Origin: Candidatus Azophilus sp.
Lineage (GTDB): Bacteria > Pseudomonadota > Gammaproteobacteria > Pseudomonadales > Azotimanducaceae
Assembly: GCA_965247035.1 (NCBI GenBank)
Contig: CBDFGJ010000003.1
Coordinates: 1,252,840 to 1,316,839 of the forward strand
DNA: 64,000 nucleotides
Direction of reading: 5' to 3'
How positions within the stretch are numbered: the first letter of the stretch is position 1; the number at the start of each line of letters is the position of its first letter. Positions 29,552 to 35,600 of this stretch are shown one piece after another. Made by a program: the position numbers and the translations under genes. The notes beneath the pieces are model-generated. The model had not been told where the DNA came from, made no database searches, and saw only the letters and a list, made by a program, of their open reading frames with translations.

Positions 29552-29677
29552 GTGAACAAAATAACCACCGACATACACAAAACAATCACCAACATTGGTT
29601 TTTGCCTCGGTGCTACTGGCAGCGATGAGCGTCGCCCCCCCCCAGCCAGCCACGCAGCAGAGAGGCAAGTGCTATGA
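29552..29677 (+). other. Upstream leader ORF: degenerate, frameshifted copy of the downstream gene's start and signal peptide; its stop overlaps the main ATG (ctATGAat)
   Basis: gtgaacaaaataacc...aaaacaatcaccaacattggtttttgcctcggtgctactggcagcgatgagcgtcgcc aligns with the real 5' end atgaataaaacaatcacccaattcgttttcgccgcggcgttgctggtggcgatgctggcgtcaacc. Its stop TGA (29675-29677) overlaps ATG 29674-29676. It is in the same frame as track ORF 29411..29677. Confidence 0.6.
29635..29643. repeat. Homopolymeric C9 tract 31 nt upstream of the autotransporter start codon, inside the leader ORF
   Basis: Counted directly: gtcg CCCCCCCCC agcc. Confidence 0.95.
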
Positions 29678-32600
29678 ATAAAACAATCACCCAATTCGTT
29701 TTCGCCGCGGCGTTGCTGGTGGCGATGCTGGCGTCAACCGGCATCGCCCATGCTCAATCGGTAACTTACGCAGATGGCCAGACGGCAATCCGGGCAGACT
29801 CTTTTAGTATTCGCACTTCTGGAACCCAGACATCGGTAAACTTTTTCCCCCTCAAGACAGGAACATACACGGTTGTGGCGGGCGGACAGACCAAAAATGT
29901 AACGGTTACGGCAGATGACGCGGGTGACGAAGCAAGTATCGTATTTACTTTGGGGGATGCTGTTGTTGGTGATGCCGTCTTGTCATTTGGCAGCGTCGAG
30001 GTGGCAAGGCAGCGTATAGGGACACCCCCCCCGACCATCTCCCTGCGTGGTCCGTTCGCGGGTAACGCGCAGCGCATCACCAGAATTAGAGAGATAGATT
30101 TTGTTATAGCGGATGATTTTAATGGCGGCCGGCAGCCGGTCATAGACTACTGGGAATTATCCATCAATGGCGGTACTAATTACGATTTTACAAAGGTAAT
30201 CACGCCCTTCCGCCGCCCCAATATTGCCTTCACCCTGCCCGAAGGCAGATATGACGACGATCAGGTGCGAGTGCGCCAGAGCATAGATCAGGTTCTTTCC
30301 CCATTTGCCGGTCTTGACGCATTTATCTTTGATTCCACGCCGCCAGACATCACCCTGAAAGGTGACGCCAGGATTGTCCTGCAAGTGGGCGATACCTACG
30401 ACGACATGGGCGCCACCGTCACCGATAATCTGGATACCGACATCCAGTCCAGGTTGATGGTGGATAGCAGCGCAGTGGACACCAGCACCGCCGGCACCTA
30501 CACGGTTAGGTACAGCGCAACCGACCACACCGAGCACGGCGCGAATACTGGCCGGGCTACCCGCGAAGTCGTCGTGCAAGGTCAACTTGCCTTTGCCGTG
30601 GGCGGGGCACCCATGCTCACCAGCGATGGCGCGACGGTAGGGGGCGTAACCTTCGCCAAAGCCGGCGACATCCTGACCCTTGCCTTCACCACCAATCTGG
30701 CATTGGCAAGCACCCCAACCGTGACCATCTTCGTCGGTTCGTCCGGCCGGGGCGCCAGGGTGACCAAAGGCGCGGGCAATGCGTATAGCGCGACCTACAC
30801 GGTGGCCGCGGCGCATTTTCCGGACAGCGACGGCGTGGCGGCGCGGTATCACATTGACACAATGGTAGCCGCTGATGATGCCAGCAATACCTTTAACCCG
30901 CCTGGGGTTACCAGTGCGATTCTGGTTGATGTGGTCTCGCCGGTGGTGACCTTTCCCGAAATTGTCGGTCGTGGTGTGGTTGGCGATGAGCAAAGCCACA
31001 GCATCACCTTCTCCGAAGCGGTAACCGCGACGGTGGCTTCTTTCTCCAGTTCCACGGGCCTGATGGTGGATAGGGTGAGCGGTAGCGGTAGCGACACCCT
31101 TACCGTTGCCTACACCCCGAAAGCGGAAAGCTTCACCCTGGCCGTTAACCTCCGTGGCGTAACCGACCGGGCCGGCAACCGGGGGCCCAGCAGCAGAACG
31201 AGCCGGGGTGGCTTTGCGGACCCGGCGGTGCTTGGTCCGGCTCCGGGCATTGCCCTGGAGAGGGACACGGCTGCCGATGGTGCTGTTAATACGGACCGCC
31301 TCACCAGAAATAGAGGGATAGTCGTTACGCTGGCAAGCGATTTTGATACCAACAGGGACACCTGGGAATACTCCATCAATGGCGGTACCACCGATTACCT
31401 CCCCGGCACCGGCACCAGTTTCAGTTTATTACCCGCAGGCAGTGCCGCATATAGCGCCGACCAAGTGCGAGCGCGCCAGACCGTGGATGGCGTTGTTTCC
31501 GCATTTGCCGGTCTTGACGCATTTATCATTGATATTGATCCGCCGACGGCGAACCTCGGCAGCATTGCCGGTGCTGTGATTGACCGGGCCGGGCAGACGC
31601 ACGACATCACTTTCTCCGAGAATGTGGCCGGTTTGGCTGCGGGTGATTTCTCCGCTTCCACAGGTATTACGGTGACTGCTGTGAGCGGTAGCGATGGCGG
31701 TACTGATTACACCCTCACCTACACCGCGACTGCGGCAGCCTTCACTCTGCTCCTTAGCGCGGGTAGCGTGACCGACATCGCCGGCAATCTCGTTGTCGAG
31801 ACCAGCCTAGCCGGCACGGCTACGGCACCAGTCAACCAGAGGCCGACTGCCAATGCCGGGCCCGATCAACCTAATGCGGTTGTCAACCGGGAAGTAACCC
31901 TGAGCGGCTCCGGCGACGACCCCGATGGCGATAACAGTGCGCTGATTTATTTCTGGGGTCAGGCCAGCGGCCCGGATGTCGACTTGAGCAATGACGGCGT
32001 TGCTCGCCCGACCTTCACGCCTGCCAAGGCCGGGATTTATACCTTCGACTTGACCGTCATCGATGACGGCGGTGTCGCGCGGGGAACCACCGACAGGGTA
32101 ATCATCACCGTGAGTGCGGCGACTACCGACACCACCGCGCCGGTGATTACCTTCGACCGGTTTACACACACTGGTGGTGTAGAGGTTGGCACTACGGTCT
32201 TTTTTAATGTTGGTGACACCCTCACCGCGTTCGTGAACTCCGACGAAGCGCTTGCCGCCACGTCGCTTGAGGATGCTGCCTTTTTTGACTTTGACGGATC
32301 AGTACGCCCTGTGCAAGATCTGCTGCCGGTAGTCGGCGTCGCCAACCAATATAGTGCGACCTATACCATCAAACCTGAGGATAACGATGCAGGGCCACAA
32401 TTTAATGTTCGCGGTGTCACGGACACTGCCGACCCCGTGAACCCGGCACCTAATTTCAGACATCCTGTCGGAGCAGTGACTATCGACACCAGCGTGCCGG
32501 TCATCGCTCTGGAGGGCACTTCACCCGTTACCGTTGCCCACGGCGGCACTTACACCGAAGCGGAAGATGCGGGCATTAGTGGGGCGTCGCGGGGCGACAC

Positions 32601-35600
32601 TACGGCGATGACGACTACCGGACCCGACGCTATGGCAGTAAATGGCATAGCAGTGGACACCGACACCGCCGGCGACTACCTCATCACCTACATCGTGACC
32701 GACCGCGCCGGCAATGTCTCCAACACGCTGACCCGCACCGTGACCGTTGGCGCGGCACCCGTAGCCAACACCGCGCCGGTGGTCAGTGGCAATACAGCAC
32801 CGAATTATGCCGAGAACGCCGACGTGGCCACCCTGCCGGTGGCGACCTACGCCGCAACCGATGCCGAGAGCAACGCCTTCGCCTGGTCAGTCGCCGGCGC
32901 GGATGCGAATTTGTTTGCGATTGATGCGGATGGCGTATTGACTTTCAAGGCTTCGCCGAACTTTGAAGACGCGGCGGATGCTGACGGCGGCAACACATAC
33001 GAAATCACCATTATCGCCACCGAAACCGATGGCAACCCAAGCAACCTGCCAAGCGCACCGCTGATGGTTACGGTGACGGTTACCAATGTGGATGAAGCCG
33101 GCACGGTTATCATCAGCGGCACCGCCCAGGTTGGCGTGGAATTGACCGCCAGCGTGACCGACCCGGATGGCGCGGTTACTGATGCATTGTATCAATGGCG
33201 AAGCTCGGGAGCAGGCGGCGGCGTGGTCAGCGGTGACCCCAGAGTCAGCGCGACCTACCAGCCGGTGGCAGCCGATGTCGGCAGGACTCTGTCGGTCACC
33301 GTCGTCTATTCCGACCCGGTACCCGGTGGCAAGAACATCACCAGCGCGCCGACCGCCGCCGTGATTGCCGCGCCCGACACCACCGCGCCGATGGTTACCA
33401 TCCCCGCTCTGGGCGAATCCACGGCGGGTAATACGGCAAGCGTGAAAATTACCTTCGACGAGGCGGTTACCGGTTTGACGAGTGGCGATTTCACCGCTGA
33501 CAACGCCACGGTGAATAGCGTTAGCCCGGACAGCGGCTCCGACACCACCTACCTCGTCACCTATACCCCGGGCGCGGCGGGCGCGGTACGCCTGACTCTC
33601 ACCGCCGATAGCGTGTCCGACACCGCCAGTCCCACCCCGAACACCGGTCCCGCCAGCCCGGTAACCGCAACCGGCACTGCGGCGGCAGAGGCAACCGAAG
33701 ACACTACCAAACCACGCATCACTGCCACCATGACCATTGCCGGGCTCACCACCGCCGAGTTTGATGCGGACGAGTTCCGCATGGGCATTGCGAGATTGTT
33801 GAACGTGCGTTCCAGTGATGTGACCATCCTCAGTATCACCGCCGCTAGCGTGATCGTGGAGTATGAAGTAGTCACCACAGCGGACCAACTCGCTGCATTG
33901 GCAGCGACCTTGTCCGGCGCCAGCGCGTCGCAGTTACGCACCGCCAGCGGTCAAACTCTCCCCGGCACCGCGGTGGTGACCAACACCGAAGCGCAGACCC
34001 GCCAGCCGCCGGTTGCCCATGCCGGGTTTGATCAGCGGAATGTGGATACCGGCGCGACCGTGACCCTGGACGGCTCCAGAAGCACGGGCGATGATCTGAC
34101 TTACGAATGGACGGTGCCCACGGCATTAGGCGGGACTATCAACTTGAGCAGTACCACTGCCGTCCAGCCGACCTTCACCGCGCCGCCTCAAGCCAATGAC
34201 TTGATGTTCACCCTGACCGTTACCGATAATGATGGTGTTACCGCCACCGACACGGTAACCATCTTCGTAACCCCGGCGGACTCGTTTCGCATCGCCTTGG
34301 CTGATGACACCGGCATTGACGGCGATGGCATCACCAGCAATGGCGTGGTGAATGTGATGAATCTGCCCAGCGGAGGCACCTGGACATACTCCACCAATGG
34401 CGGCACCAGTTCCACCCCCGGCTCCGGCACCAGCTTCGATCTGGATGAAGGCGTGTATGACGCTGACGATGTGGTAGCCACTCTGGCTGGAGTTGGAGAG
34501 GGCGAGGACGAAACTGTCGAACTCGGTCCGGTTACCGTGGACAGCACCCCGCTGACGGTTGTGACCTTCGGCGCTATTGCCGCAGGCGTGATTGGCACGC
34601 CGCAGGAGCACGACATCATCTTCGCCGAAGCGGAGGACTTTGATCGCACCGACATCACCGCCGCAGGCGCCACGGTGAATCGGGTGACCAGCAACGATGG
34701 CATCACCCATACCATCAACTTCACCCCGAACGCGGCAGACTTCAGCCTGACCCTTGCCATGGACAGCGTGGTCGATGTCGCCGGCAACAGCGGTCCCGCG
34801 GCAGCGGCGGTCGCATCCGGCACCGCCACCGAAGCCCTTGCCTTTACCGTGGGAGAGGAACCCACGCTCACTAGCGATAACTCCATCAATAGTAATTACG
34901 CCAGAGACGGCGACACCCTGACCCTTGCCTTCACGCTCAATCAGGCAGTGGCAGCCCTCCCAGCCGTCACCATCGCCGGGGGGACTGCCACGGTGACAAA
35001 AGGCGCGGGCAATGATTACACTGCAACCTACACGGTGGTCGCGAATGATGTTACCGACAACACGTTGGTGGGTTATAACATTGACGCAATGGCCGCCGCC
35101 GATAATCTGGCAAATACGCTTGCCGCGACAGATGGCAGTACTGACATTCGAATTGATGTAACCGCGCCAACCGTGACCCTCGGCGCCATTACCGCAGGTG
35201 TGATTGACACCGAACAGACGCACGACATTACCTTCTCCGAGGCGGTAACCGGTTTGGCGGTGGGTGATTTCTCCGTTTCCAACAACATTGTGGCGTCCGG
35301 CGACCTCGTGGTGAATAGTGTGACCCCGGCCAGCGGCCCCAGCACCACCTACACCATCAGCATCACCCCGCGAGCGACAGCCTTCACCCTGGTCCTTGCC
35401 GCCGGCCAAGTAGCCGATGTCGCCGGCAACGCCGGTCCCGCGGTAGAGGCGAGCGCGAGCGGCACCGCCACCGAACCACCCAACCAGCCGCCGGTCGCCG
35501 ACGCCGGAGACAATCAGGATGTGAAGACCGGCGTGAGCGTGACCCTGAACGGCTCCCGCAGCAGCGACACCGATGGAACTATCGAGAGTTATGCTTGGGC

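Noticed and set aside
24626-29673. Integrase, transposase, CRISPR array or phage genes next to the tRNA
   Set aside because: No ORF in this interval has integrase or transposase features. The repeats present are coding-domain repeats, not short spaced direct repeats.
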